In this document: positions 36,321 through 48,596 of the stretch, in pieces | Layout: the number at the start of each line of letters is the position of its first letter | Numbering within the stretch: the first letter of the stretch is position 1 | Source: Cetorhinus maximus | Taxonomy: Eukaryota | NCBI RefSeq assembly: GCF_964194155.1 | Contig: NC_135901.1 | Span: 23,126,001-23,190,000 of the forward strand | Length of the DNA stretch: 64,000 nt | Reading direction: 5' to 3' | Translations under genes and position numbers: made by a program | Notes under the pieces: model-generated | Database searches by the model: none | Told to the model about the DNA's origin: nothing | What the model saw: only the letters and a program-made list of their open reading frames with translations

Positions 36321-36989
36321 TGATTGTTTGAAATGGATTTTTACATAATCACTTGGTAAGTGATCAGGTGTCAGTGAGCTTTGACAGAAAATTGTTCCAT
36401 TACCATCCTCACAGTGACTGTATCTTACAGATCAAATGATTATTTATCTCAGCCTTTCTGGAGACGATCACCAGAGAAGAGTGAAGACATTACAGTCCAC
36501 AACCCAAGCTCAGTGATACAAACATTTGATAAAAATTAAAATGCTGAGTATAGCAGAACAACGATGTGTTAGTCTGCTCCAGGTTTATCAAGAGAGATTG
36601 ATGATTATCAATCATAAGAAATAGGAACATTATCAAAACATATTTAAGTGTGAACAAGAATTCACCTTTGTTGTTAAATATTAACTGAATGTAACATCTT
36701 TCAGCTATGTGACATTAGCTCTTCCCCTCTACAGTCTAAAACTCAACAGAATCTTCCACTTGTTCCTATTTCCAGCCCTGATGGTTCAGAAAGCTTCCCT
36801 CAAACCCACACATTCGGGCTGACTAATGTTGATTTGTGTAAGATTATTAAAGGCTCCTGCAGCGCGACTTCCATTACTAACAGTCGGTCAAAGCTACATT
36901 TCAGACAGGGAATCAAGCCCAACAATTATTTTCTCTGCTCTGGGACAAGCAGCAGGATTTTTCTCCACACTCTCCAATCACCCGCTGCC

Positions 36990-37860
36990 AACAGAAAACA
37001 GCGACAGCACCTTCAATCAGCGGGTCACTGCCCATCTCTGGGATGCAAGATACTCCAACCGACTGTCCCTTTAGTTCTTTCCTTGTCTCCCCTTTCCCTG
37101 TCCCTGTATTTGTTTAAAACCTGTTACATCTCTAACATTTACCAGTTCTGTTGAAAGGTCATTGATCAGAGACATTAACTCTGTTTCTCACTCCACAGAT
37201 GCTGCCTGATCATTTGCTGAGCACTTCCAGCATTTTCTGATTGTAAAGTCAGGATTCACTCTGTACAGAGAACAAAAGGGAAGGTATGTGATGGAGAGCA
37301 AGGCAGGATGGATTAACTGACACAAGGAATGATGGGGAAGGCAACACTGAGCTGGTGATGGTGGACCCCAGGTGGTTCAGAATCAATGCTTTCACCTTCA
37401 CGGCCTGGGCTCGATGGTCGGTGACCAAAGGTTAACCAAACAAACCATTTTGTGTGAGAAACCTGTCTGTAGTCAGTGAGCTGAAGGGCAGCAATGGGTA
37501 AAGAGATGATTATCATCTAATTTGGAAAGCTGCCTGCCAGCTTCCCTGGTTGTTCGGATTCAGCGCTTTTACTGCCATGGCCTGGGTTCAATTGACCAGG
37601 GCAATACTCTTTCTTGGTGCTGTGTGGGCTGTCACCATTGACCAAAATTCCATATGAAATGAAACCAGGTCTGGCTGCAACTGTGGAGTGAGAAACAGAG
37701 TGAATCTTGCAGCTGGATGATCTTTCATCAGAGCTGGAAAAGTCAGAGATGTAACAGGTGAAAAACAAGGCAGAGGGAGGGAGTGAAAGGGCAAAAGGGA
37801 AGGATGTGATCAGTTGCAAGACATGAGACATAAAGAGATGATGGTGCAGGGCTAAATGTG
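36990..37860. mobile_element. Degraded Penelope-like termini (plus ~36990-37240; minus ~37650-37860)
   Basis: cagttctgttgaaaggtc..attaactctgtttctcactccacagatgctgcctga; minus cagctctgatgaaagatcatc..ctctgtttctcactccacag. Confidence 0.6.
37543..37603 (+). pseudogene. tRNA-Glu pseudogene
   Basis: tccctggt..ggattcagcgcttttactgccatggcctgggttcaatt..cagggca versus TCCCTGGT..GGATTCGGCGCTYTCACCGCCGCGGCCCGGGTTCGATT..CAGGGAA. Confidence 0.7.
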
Positions 37861-38209
37861 GGTGGAAATGGGATGGATTTTAATTTGTGCTGTTCAAACT
37901 GGCACAAATATCACTTCAGAACAACCAATCACAGCAGCTCTTTCAAAGCAGCACACTGGACTGAATGGCCTCTTTCTGTGCTGTAACTTTCTATAATTGG
38001 TTCATTTTCATCCTCACTCCGACTGCCTTCACAGTCATTCGATCATCTTACAACCCGTTACAGCAAAATCCACCTTCCTCCCTCTTCTGACCTCAGGAGA
38101 CAGCAAATTCAGTGAGAAGTTTTCCTGTCATTTAGCATGAGCATGGGATTTGGAATCAGATCTGGAAGGTTTTTATTCCATTTAACCGATAATTAATTTA
38201 CAGACTCTC

Positions 38210-38291
38210 AGTTCAAGCCAGAATTCTAACCTACGTGGGGAAATCCCAATGAATTTTAAATCCATCAGCTTAACCAGCCAGCCACTGCTAC
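38210..38291 (-). pseudogene. tRNA-Ser pseudogene
   Basis: gtagcagtggctggctggttaagctgatggatttaaaattcattgggatttccccacgtaggttagaattctgg. Confidence 0.72.
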
Positions 38292-38726
38292 AGTCCACAC
38301 AGAGACTTTAATGATGTCTGTACAAAATCAGAGAATAGTTACAGAGAAAAGGAATATCTGGCCATGTCTGTGCCTCTTCCCCCACCTTTCCCTGGTCATC
38401 CTGTCACTTAAAAGTACAGGACAAGAATCTATCCAATTCACTTTTGAATACTTGATGACTGAGCATCCACAGGCAACTGGGGCAGAAAATTTCAAAGATT
38501 CACCAGCCTTTGAGTGACTCACCTCAGTCCTAAATGGCTGACACATCACCTGGAGAATGTGAGCCCAGTTCTAAACGCTCCAGCCAGGGGAAAACAGCTT
38601 CTCAGAATATCACACTTTGTAAAAAGGAACAGAGGGACAAATGTCACAGACACAGACAGAGAGAGCAAGGCACGTCCCAGGAGTGATGCAACTTTTACTC
38701 ACGCTTAGATAAGCAAACTTTGATAT

Positions 38727-38799
38727 TGCTTCTGGATAGTTTTGAACCTGAGATTTTACACATGCTGGGCAAATATGATAACCACTGCACTACAGAAAC
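38727..38799 (-). pseudogene. tRNA-Val pseudogene
   Basis: 73 nt gtttctgtagtgcagtggttatcatatttgcccagcatgtgtaaaatctcaggttcaaaactatccagaagca. Confidence 0.75.
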
Positions 38800-40279
38800 A
38801 AGTGAAGGCCTTGGCTGCAATGAGCATATCTGGAATATTAAACTGTGCTGTTACGCAGCAGCACTCTAGGTCCCCGTTTCGGAGAAATGGAATTCAGCTG
38901 CTATTATCAGGAATGCTGCAGACAGATGTAATCATAAAATGGCATAGCACCATGTATCCATACAATGGCATAAGAGGCCCTTCCATCATCCGATCTCTGT
39001 CTCCTTTTTAAAAGAGCAAACAAATTAATTGCAATTTCCTTCTCTCTTTCAAAAAACCTGTGTCTTTTCTCCCATTCATTTAATTTCCCAATTCCCTTTT
39101 GAAAAAGGAGTTTCTGCAGAATCCATGCCTAGTTTGCCTTAATTCGCAGGGTTTCCCTGACCCAATGACATGAAGATTTGGACTTGGGTTCCGAATATAC
39201 TTTGATCAAAAAAATAACACTTTTGTAAATTCGATATGAGATCAGTTGCATAATTATATCATGGTCATATGGCAAACATCTCATTATTTCCGAGTTGATT
39301 TATACAATCTTATTACTTTTGCTCCACAACCCGTTAATCGAGGGTGTTATATTACAGAGGAAAATGATTATTAGAGTTTAACAGAGCCCTGCCAAGATCA
39401 CGTGTAAAATATTTTGTTTACTTTATTTGGTTTAAAATATTCTTGTTCTTGGAACAAAATCTTACACAGAATAAATATTTGTGTAGCAAACAGGGCAGTG
39501 CTCTGCTACCAGAATGTTTGGAGGATCCCAATGGTTAGACTGAGAGGCTATGTCACTTGTTGCAGGGAGACAACTGTTGGTTTCACCCTGGTGCCTCAGC
39601 TTGTTTTGAAATTCAAAATGTAGAAGTGTCCATCCAGCAAATGTCTCAGGCAGCAATGCAGTTAGCTTTTAAACAAAATTCAAGAACTTTACTGGGAACA
39701 GTTTTGAGAATGATGCGTTAATTATATTTGATCCCTCTTTGTTCCAGGTGAGAAGCTTTCTGGCGCATAAATCGCGTCCACATAGAAGACAGGAAGGAAG
39801 CCAGCAGATCTGCATTGCACCTCAGTTTCCATGACTCCCTTGGTCGCTTTTCCTGATACTCTATTCTGAAGACCGATTATTTAAAGGAATGATTCTGTAC
39901 CAGCTCTGCCATTTCCTCTGGTTCAATTACAGCATCATTTGCGTCTGTCTTTATGAGCACACTTTACTATGTGACATCTTACAGATGGTGAGCAACAATG
40001 TTTATCTGCATCGAAAACCCATTAACTTCTGTTGTTGACTGAATGAACTGCTAATATGCATGCCAAGTGAAACCAGGCAGGAACATTATCCAAGCTTGCT
40101 AATTTAGAGTGAGGAAAATTTGCATAATTCATATTTGCTGATCCCAATTGTGGAGAACAGAAAGTCCAGAGGTTAGTTCAGAACTTCCTTCTCCCGAGGT
40201 CTGTTCTAACAAGCTGTGTCCATCTGAGTTACATTTATACAGACTCACTCACTCAGTCACTGATCGGGTCTGACTGAGA

Positions 40280-41000
40280 TACAACAACAACTGCAACGGC
40301 TGATATTTATATTGAGCTTTTAACATAATAAAATGTCCCAAGGAGTTTCACAGGAGCATAAGGACATATTAGGTCAGATGACCAAAAGCTTAGTTAATGA
40401 AGTTAAGGTGTGTCTTAAATGAGGAAAGTGAAGTGAAAAGGTGGAGAGGTTTAGGGAGGTAAGTTCCAGAGTTTAGTGTCCAGGCAGCTGAAGGCATGGA
40501 CACCAATGGTGGAGCGATTAAAATCGGGGACGAGGGACATTATATTTAAATTCATTCATTGGATGCGGGCCTCACTGGCCAGGGCAGCATTTATTGCCCA
40601 TCCTTAATTGCTCTTGAGAAGGTGATGGTGAGCTGCCTTCTTGAACCTCTGCAGTCCACAGTGCTGTTAGGGAAGGAGTTCCAGGATTTTGTCCCAGCAA
40701 CAATGAAGGAACGGTGATATATTTCCAAGTTAGGATGGTGAGTGGCTTGGAGGGGAACTTCCAGGTCAAGATGTTCCCATGTGTTTGCTACCCATGTCCT
40801 TCTGGAAGGTGCTGTCTAAGGAGTCTTGGTGAGTTTCTGCAGTGCATCTTGTAGATGGTACACACTGCTGCAACAGTTTGTCGGCGGTGGAAGGAGTGAA
40901 TGTTTGAGGATGGGTTGTCAATCAAGTGGGTTACTTGGAGTGGGTAGTATCGAACTTCTTGAGCGCTGTTGGGTCTGCACTCACCCAGACATCCGGTAAT
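40280..41000 (-). mobile_element. L2 3' fragment (40280-40540) and 3' end of the SINE-partner LINE (40550-41000)
   Basis: Reverse complement of the 24560-25065 tail (TIYKMHCRN; caattaaggatgggcaataaatgctg). Confidence 0.8.
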
Positions 41001-41149
41001 GGTGCTCCATGTATTTACATATTCAGTTTGTTGTCATTTTCTCCTTTCTCACTCCAGATTACTTCAGTTCTCAAACCTTCCGTTACAAGTCCCAGCTCCC
41101 CAATCCTGCCACTGAATTTCCTTTCTCACTCCACTGTGTTGTTCCTTCA

Positions 41150-41900
41150 AATCAACCCTGCTGTCTGTCCTGAATGAATCCATTTCACTAACAAATGTTG
41201 AAATGTTTGCTCCACACCCACAGGGTTTCATCTGGTTAAAGCCACAAACAGAAAGATCCAGTTTTCTCCTAGAGTTTGACACAAATCAGCTTCCAAAATG
41301 ATGCAGAAGTTACAGCCAATGAAGGAGATCCGGGCTCAGCCCCGCCCCTCATTCGCTCCGATTGGTTGGAGGGCCATCCGTTCCCTCGCAGTCCTCGAAC
41401 CCCGCCCCCTCTTCCTATTAGTCCAGAGCTGCCGTCAATCACTCCCCAGTTCCTGTGAACTGGAGCATGCGCAGTGCGGGTGATGGCGGACAGTTGAGGC
41501 GGTTGTGTGGAAATTCTCAGCCGGTAAATTGCTGCCGGGCGGGTCATGAGGGAGGGAGGCAGTGGGATGGGAGTCTTCATAAACACCAGTGCGGGGCTTC
41601 TCCCTCCCGGGAACAGGTCCAGGTTAACGGACGCCATCCTGGGTCAGCGAGTGGAGGATGGTTCACATCAGAGGATGGGGGAGGGGGGACAATAAATAAG
41701 AGGTTACACTTTGGGCTCAAATCAATGAGGAATCTGGTCTGTGGGAAGGAAGGAAACCCTGGGAGGTGCGCGGGGAGGATTCAGAAACACCCGCTGGAGG
41801 CCCCAAACCCCTAACAACAACCTACACTGGAATCCTTACTTTCTGTGCCGCCATCTTGGTGAAACAACAGCGAGTGGGCGGGGCTACAGGGTCCCAGTGA
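41150..41900 (+). promoter_or_regulatory. CpG-island promoter of ZNF unit F
   Basis: CCAAT/ATTGG, GC boxes, NRF1-like agcatgcgca at ~41464, YY1 gccgccatctt at ~41847. Confidence 0.72.
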
Positions 41901-42784
41901 CCAGGAGAGAAAATGATTGATTCATTGATTATATTCTCCCTCTGCACAGAGAGGCTTGAGAACTCAACCTAGCCAGAATGGAGGGAAGGAGAAAACTGGC
42001 AGTTGGGGAAAGGAATGTTGGAGATGGTGTGATGAGTTTGGCAGGCTGACCAACAAAAATTAAAGGACACCCTGCCATGGGAGTCCATTTGAGTCGGTGG
42101 GAGGGTGTTGGGTGAGATGCTGACAGAGCTGTTGGAACAAAGAAACAGTAGGGGACAGGGTTCTGCACAATGAAAGGGGTCCAATTTAGGAGACAAACAG
42201 TGCCCAGCACCATGCAGCCTAGGATAGTTGACTTAAATACAGGGAAATCCCATAAATTAAGGGATGGCTGTTCACTCTGAGGTTTGGATTCCAGTACGAG
42301 GAGGAGGAAGAGTGTGTGGGATGAGGATTTACGGCTTTGCAGGAAAAAGTGAGGAAAACCGGTTCCATAGAAACTAGAATTGTCTGTTCAGAATTTCTGT
42401 CCTGCACTTACAGTGATGAGTTTTGTAAACTCCTTTTCCAGGGTATTAGAACTGGTGGATTTACAGACAGGAGGCTCAAACTGAACATCACAACATGATC
42501 TGACAGAGTCACTCAATTCACCTTTGAACGTGGAAGAAGAAATGTTTGTTTGTTCTGTCTGTGGGAAAAGATTTCAAACATCAGCGTGACTGGAAAAGCA
42601 CCGAGACACACACACCCGAGTGAGAGTGTTCCAGTGCACAAACTGTGGAAAGAGCTTTAACCAGTTACACAGCCTGAAAAAAAAATTACACTGTTTACAG
42701 TGGGGAGAAACCATACACGTGTTCTGTGCGTGGATGAGCTTCAACTGATTGTCCAACCAGGAGGGAGACAAACATACTGGCATC

Positions 42785-43375
42785 ATGGAGAAACTGTGGA
42801 AATGCGAGGACTGTGGTAAAGGATTCAATTCTTCATCTCGGCTGGAAATCCATCGACGCATTCACACTGGGGAGAAGCCATTCAGCTGTTCCGTGTGTGG
42901 GAAGGGATTCACTCAGTCATCTGGCCTTCGGTCACACCAGCGAGTTCACACTGAGAAGAAGCCATTCAGCTGCACAACCTGTGGAGAGAGGTTCAAGTCT
43001 TCATCCATCCTCACTGAACACCAGCGAATTCATACGGGTGGGAGACCATTCACTTGCTTCGTGTGTGGGAAGGGATTCACTCAGGTATTCGCCCTCCAGT
43101 CACACCACCGAATGCACACGAAGGAGAATCCATTCAGCTGTACTTCCTGTGGAAAGAGCTTCAGGCAGTCAATCGACCTCAATGAACACCAACGCACCCA
43201 CACTGGGGAGAAGCCGTTCACTTGCTCCATGTGTGGGAAGGGATTCCGTTGGTCATCCCAACTGCTGACACATCAGCGAGTTCACACCGGGAACAGACCG
43301 TTCACCTGCTCCTTGTGTGGGACGGGATTCACTCAGTCACAACACCTTCTGAGACACGAGCGGGTTCACAAGTGA
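42785..43375 (+). CDS. C2H2 zinc-finger protein F, 196 aa, 7 intact fingers
   Basis: ggcatcATGG Kozak; MEKLWKCEDC...HERVHK*; acceptor near 42441. Confidence 0.88.
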   Translation: MEKLWKCEDCGKGFNSSSRLEIHRRIHTGEKPFSCSVCGKGFTQSSGLRSHQRVHTEKKPFSCTTCGERFKSSSILTEHQRIHTGGRPFTCFVCGKGFTQVFALQSHHRMHTKENPFSCTSCGKSFRQSIDLNEHQRTHTGEKPFTCSMCGKGFRWSSQLLTHQRVHTGNRPFTCSLCGTGFTQSQHLLRHERVHK

Positions 43376-43819
43376 CTGCAGTGATTGGATTCTGCTGTTA
43401 TTGCTGCTGTTAATCACATCCAGGTCTGATAATCTGACAATATTTGGGTTGTTTCTGCTGATGTTAACAACCCTATAACTGACTGCAGTTTAATATTCTG
43501 GAGATGTCACAATGTCTCTTTTTAAAAATGCCATTTACAATCTTTCTGCTGAATTCAAGAATTCTCACCAGGAATTAGTTTGCAATAAAATTAGGAACTT
43601 TTGCTGCAATCCTAAATTGATCTTTGATGCAAAATCTACAATTCAATGTCTGAGAGGTTCCACTGGTTAACATCACCAATTAGAAAGTGCTGATTAATCC
43701 TTGCTAACAATTCTTACCGATTGCCACATTCTTCACTTGCCACCTCCATTTTGAAATTAAATTATCAAGGAACATGAAACAAAACAGTAAAATATTTTAC
43801 AGACACATCAATAAAAGCT

Positions 43820-44705
43820 TCATCAATCAACATTGATATTGATGAAGCTTGGAAGTCGCTGACTCAATCATTTCTGACACAGCAGCAGCAACATTTGGTA
43901 AAGGTGGAACCCACAACAAAGGCTGGTTTGAGACCTACTCAGCAAAGATGACATTTGTCTTTGAAGCAAAAAGCAAAGCCTACCTGATGCACAACATAAA
44001 CCCAACAGCTAGAACACTGCATAACTTGAAAGTAGCCAAGACATTTGTGCAAAAGACAGGGAGATGCAGTGTAAATAAACACTGGATCAGCCTACACTAA
44101 GAAATCCAAACTGCCTGTGGAATCTCCATGCTATGTATGATGGGATCAAGAGGGCGCTTGGTCCGACCATCACCCAAGTTGACTCCCTGAAATTGGCAGA
44201 TGGTGAAGTACTCACTGACAGAAGTCCTGCTGGGTTGAACACTATTGTGAGCTGTACTCCCATGAGACAGACACCTCCCAGTCTCTGTTTGACTCTCTCC
44301 AGCAGCTTCTTGTCATGGGTGAGTTGGACAAGGAAATTTCATCACGAGCTGGAAAAGGCCATTGATTGCTCAGCAAGCAGAAAGGCTCCTGGCTAGGATG
44401 GAATTCCAGCTGATATGCTCAAGCATGGAAAGTCCTATTTACTGCCACACCTTCATGACCTCAATTCCACAGGACATGCATGATTCAAAAGTCAGCATAT
44501 TATGCAAAAACAATTGTGGCGAAAGAGATTGCAACAACTGCAGGGTCATCTCACTCCTTAATGTCACAGGAACGACCTTCGCTAGGGTCACGCTTAAAAC
44601 ACTTTATCTACTTGCAGACTCAGTGTGTCCAGAAGCACAGTACGGTTTCTGTGCTGGCAGATCGGCAGTGAACATGATCACCATACGCCAGTTACAAGAG
44701 AAAGT
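43820..44705 (+). mobile_element. RTE-clade LINE fragment
   Basis: KAPG.DGIPA; IPQDMHD; DCNN.R.ISLL.V.G..FARV; PEAQYGF..GRS..MI..RQLQEK. Confidence 0.8.
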
Positions 44706-44920
44706 TCAACTGGTATTTAATCTAAAATGCTGCCAGCTTCTGTGCTGAGACAAGTGAAATGTTATAAATACTGTGTGAAAGTAAACCTTTAAGTATGAAT
44801 TACAATTGACTTGTAGAATTGTCAAAGGCTCCGAAAACTTGGATTCCCCAAAGATCAGCTTTAGCTTTGAAGTTATGTTTCTGAGATCACAAGCTGTGGG
44901 AAGCTCCATCCTCTTTAACT

Positions 44921-45155
44921 GCTCTTTGTCCTTTTGTCTATGACATCTTTTGGCTATCTCCACCTTTCACTGGCCCTCTATCCAGCTCTACTTGTCCCAC
45001 CTCCCCTCACCCTTAAACCAGTTTGTATTTCGCCTCTCTTCTATTTTTCCTTAGTTCTGTTGAAGAGTCATACGGACTCGAAACGTTAACTGTGTTCCTC
45101 GCCGCAGATGCTGCCAGACCTGCTGAGTTTTTTCAGGTATTTTTATTTTTGTTTT
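44921..45155 (+). mobile_element. Penelope-like terminus with minimal hammerhead motif and TSD
   Basis: ctctttaact duplicated at 44911 and 45156; hammerhead-like motif at 45052-45092. Confidence 0.75.
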
Positions 45156-46439
45156 CTCTTTAACTCTTTGGTCTAAGGAGGTTGAAGTTTACCCGTGAAA
45201 GCTGATTTTGTTTGTTTTATTTTTCTTCAGTTTTATTACAGTCATTTGGAAAGGTGCCTGAAGGAGAATGAAAAAAAAGTAAAATTGGGCAAAGCTGAAA
45301 AAAAACAACAGAATTGGAAACGCAAAGTTTAAGATGGTATTTGGTTTGTCTTTGACCTGAAAGGAAAAGTTCCGTAAAGTCAACATAATTGTGCACAATT
45401 TGAGAATGTTTGCTCCAAACCCTTTGAAAACAAGCAGAGGAGTTAACCCTCTCCACTGACAACATGGTGACGGATTGAACTAAAGACTTGCCTTTTAAAG
45501 ATTTGGTTTCATCCTAATTATTATCTTTCAAGACAAAGTGCTTGAGGAGGAGAGATATGGAAGTTATCTCCCAACTGATTGCAAATACTTGTGTCTCTGC
45601 TCTACAAATAACAGATTATGTGAATATTGAATTGGACAGTAAAGTTTCTCCAAAGCTCCCGAATGAGATAGAATGGTAATTAATGGGATGTCACAGCTAG
45701 AATAAAAGATAAAGAAAATCACAACACCAAGTGGGAATTGGAATAACTCACTCTGGGTATAGTTCAATAGAATAGATCAATCTGGTATCCATATCCATTC
45801 TAGTGAAAGTCAGGAACATGTAAATGAGACTCGTAAATTGATAGCTTTCTCTTGGAGATACTTGTATTCTTCCCTCTGAACTTTTTTAAAAACCTGAATT
45901 TGATAGTCTGGCCATTACGTGAGGCATTGGAACTTGAAAGGGGAGTTAAGTAAAGATGTTCAGACAGAGACCCCCCCCCCCTAATCTTTTGGTAGGATTA
46001 CCTGAAAGCCCAAAAGTGACTTGTATCAGATGGTCCATGGGGCATGATACTGGGATACCGCTGTGAGTGTGCAGATGTGATATGTTATTGTGGTGTAATT
46101 AACATGCGGAAATGCATGGTGAACCTGCACTGCAGACCAGACCCCGGACATGCTCAGCTGCTCAAACAGGACAACATAAAGTGATTCATGTGGTCAGTAT
46201 GAGGCAACATTTTAAATCATTAAGGTATTGACACATAGTCCATGGAAAAACTGACCTTAAACAATCAGAATAGAATTAAACACACTGGCATCTATCAGAG
46301 GGAGTAAAATTAAAGTGAAGACGGATTTAGAATATGGATTTAGAAAATATCCACAAGGTGGATGGCAGTGAACAGAGAGCTGGAGAATCTTTAAAGTCCA
46401 TGCATGAACTTTTGTTTGAACCATATGTATTTATGACAT

Positions 46440-47735
46440 GCCAACATGGTTTTGTGAAAGGGAAATCATGTTTGACAAATTTGCTAGAGTGCTTTAAGGA
46501 TATAACAAGCAGAGTTGTGAAAGGGGAGCTGGTAGACTTGGTGTATTTGGATTTCCAGAAGGCACTCAGTAAGGTACCACATAAAAGGTTATTGCACAAG
46601 ATAAGAGCTCACGGTATTGGGGATAATGTATTAGCATGGATTGAGGATTGGTTAACACACAGATGACAGATAATTGGGATTAATGGGTCTTTTTCAGGTT
46701 GGAAAGACGTAACTAGTGGAGTGCCGCAAGGTTCAGCTCTAGGGCCTCAATTATTTACAATCTATATTAATGACTTGGAGGAGGGGACAGAGTGTATTGT
46801 ATCCAAATTTGCTGGTGATACAAAAATAGGTGGGGGGGCATGTTGTGATGAGGACATAAGGAATCTGCAAGGGGATATGGACAGGTTGAGTGAGTGGGCA
46901 AAAACTTGGCAGTTGGAGTTTAATGTAGGAAAGTGTGAGGTCATGCACTTGGTAGGAAAAATCAAAAGGCAGACTATTATTTAAATGGAGAGAGACTCCA
47001 AAAAAGCACAGCCAGTGGGATCTGGGTGTTTTTGTGCATGAAACACAAAAAGTTAGCATGTAGATGCAGCAAGTAATTAAGAAGACGAATGGAATTTTGG
47101 CCTGTATTGCTAGGGGTTTGGAGTTTAAAAATAGGGAAGTCTTGTTCCAACTGTACAGGATGTTGGCGAGGCCACACCTGGAGTACTGTGTACAGTTTTG
47201 GTCCCCGTGTTTAAGAAAGGATATATTGGCCTTGGCGGTGGTTCAAAAGAGATTCACTAGACTGATTCCTGGAATGAGGGTTGACTTATTCAGAACGGTG
47301 AAACAAGTTAGGCCTTTATTCATGAGAGTTTAGAAGAATAAGGGGTGATCTTATTGAAATGTACAAGATCCTGAGGGGGCTTTACAGGATAGATGTTGAG
47401 AAGATGTTTCCACTAGTGGGAAATCTTGAACTAGGGGACATAGTTACAGAATAAGGGGACACTTATTTAAAACTGAGATGCGAAGGAATTTCTTCTCTGA
47501 GAGGATAGTGAATGTCTGGAATTCTCTACCTCAGAGAGTTGTGGAGGCTGGATCACTGAAAGTATTTATAGGTGAGGTAGATAGATTTTTAAAACATCGT
47601 GGAGCTGAGAGCTATGAGGAGCTGGCATGAAAGAGGAATTGAAGCTTGGGGCAGATCAGCCGTGATCTTATTGAATGGCGGGGCAGGCTTGAGGAGCCAA
47701 ATGGCCTACTCCTGCTCCTATTTCTTATGTTCTTA
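46440..47735 (+). mobile_element. CR1 (HER1-like) LINE, 5'-truncated
   Basis: QHGFVKGKSCLTNL, YLDFQKA, PQGSALGP; tail (tcttatgt)n. Confidence 0.92.
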
Positions 47736-47749
47736 ATCATTTAGAATTT

Positions 47750-48095
47750 TAAAAAAAATTCTTCATGGGATGTGGGCATTGCTGGCTCGGCCAGCATTTA
47801 TTGCCCATCCCGAATTTCCGTTGAGAACTGAGTGGCTTGCTCGGCCATTTAAGAGTCACCACATTGCTGTGGGTCTGGATACACATGTAGGTCAGACCAG
47901 ATAATCCTTTCCTAAAGAGCATTAGTGAACCAGATGGTTTTTTTTACAACAATCATCATTAGACTTTTAATGCCAGATTTTTGATTGAATATATATTTCA
48001 CCATCTGCCATGGTGGGATTCATACCCGGTGCTCAGAGCATTAGCCTGGGTTTCTGGATTATTAGTCCAGTGACGATACCATTATGCCACTGTTG
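47750..48095 (-). mobile_element. tRNA-derived SINE (same family as 19065-19530)
   Basis: Head, central domain and gggatgggcaataaatgctgg tail on the minus strand. Confidence 0.8.
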
Positions 48096-48596
48096 GTGGG
48101 GAGGATGAATCGAAGTTGATAGTTATCACATTTACTGGAAAAGGTTTTAATATTTATTCTTGGTGGCAGCTCAACAGTTTGGTTTGCTGATTCTGATAAT
48201 TCTAGTAGCTTTAGTATGTTATCTACGGTATGTAATCAAGAAATTGGGAAAACAATTTCGTAGTTTAGGAATAGCTGGGTTAGTCAGAAATCAGTTATGA
48301 GGAATCAATAAGGATATTCTCTTCTCAAGGTGTGGCGATCTGTAAAAAAATTATTGAACATTATAGGAATAGCTCCTTCCCTCTCGCTCATGGAGAAAGA
48401 TTCCATAGCAGCTTGCTGGGTGACAAACACAGGACAGACCTGTTCTCTCTGCCAAGGACATGTCTCTAGCACAGGCCCTGAAATGGAACATTTCTAACTC
48501 TGATATAATTCAATCTCATAACCCATACGTAAACCATTTGTCTGTGTAAAGGTTCAAACAGGCTCTTTTTGGACAAGTAAGAGGTTTCAAGGTGAT

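Noticed and set aside
42587-42748. Conserved in-frame TGA as selenocysteine
   Set aside because: Positions are not Cys ligands, one aligns to CGA (CpG decay), surrounding fingers carry frameshifts and further stops, and no SECIS was recognised
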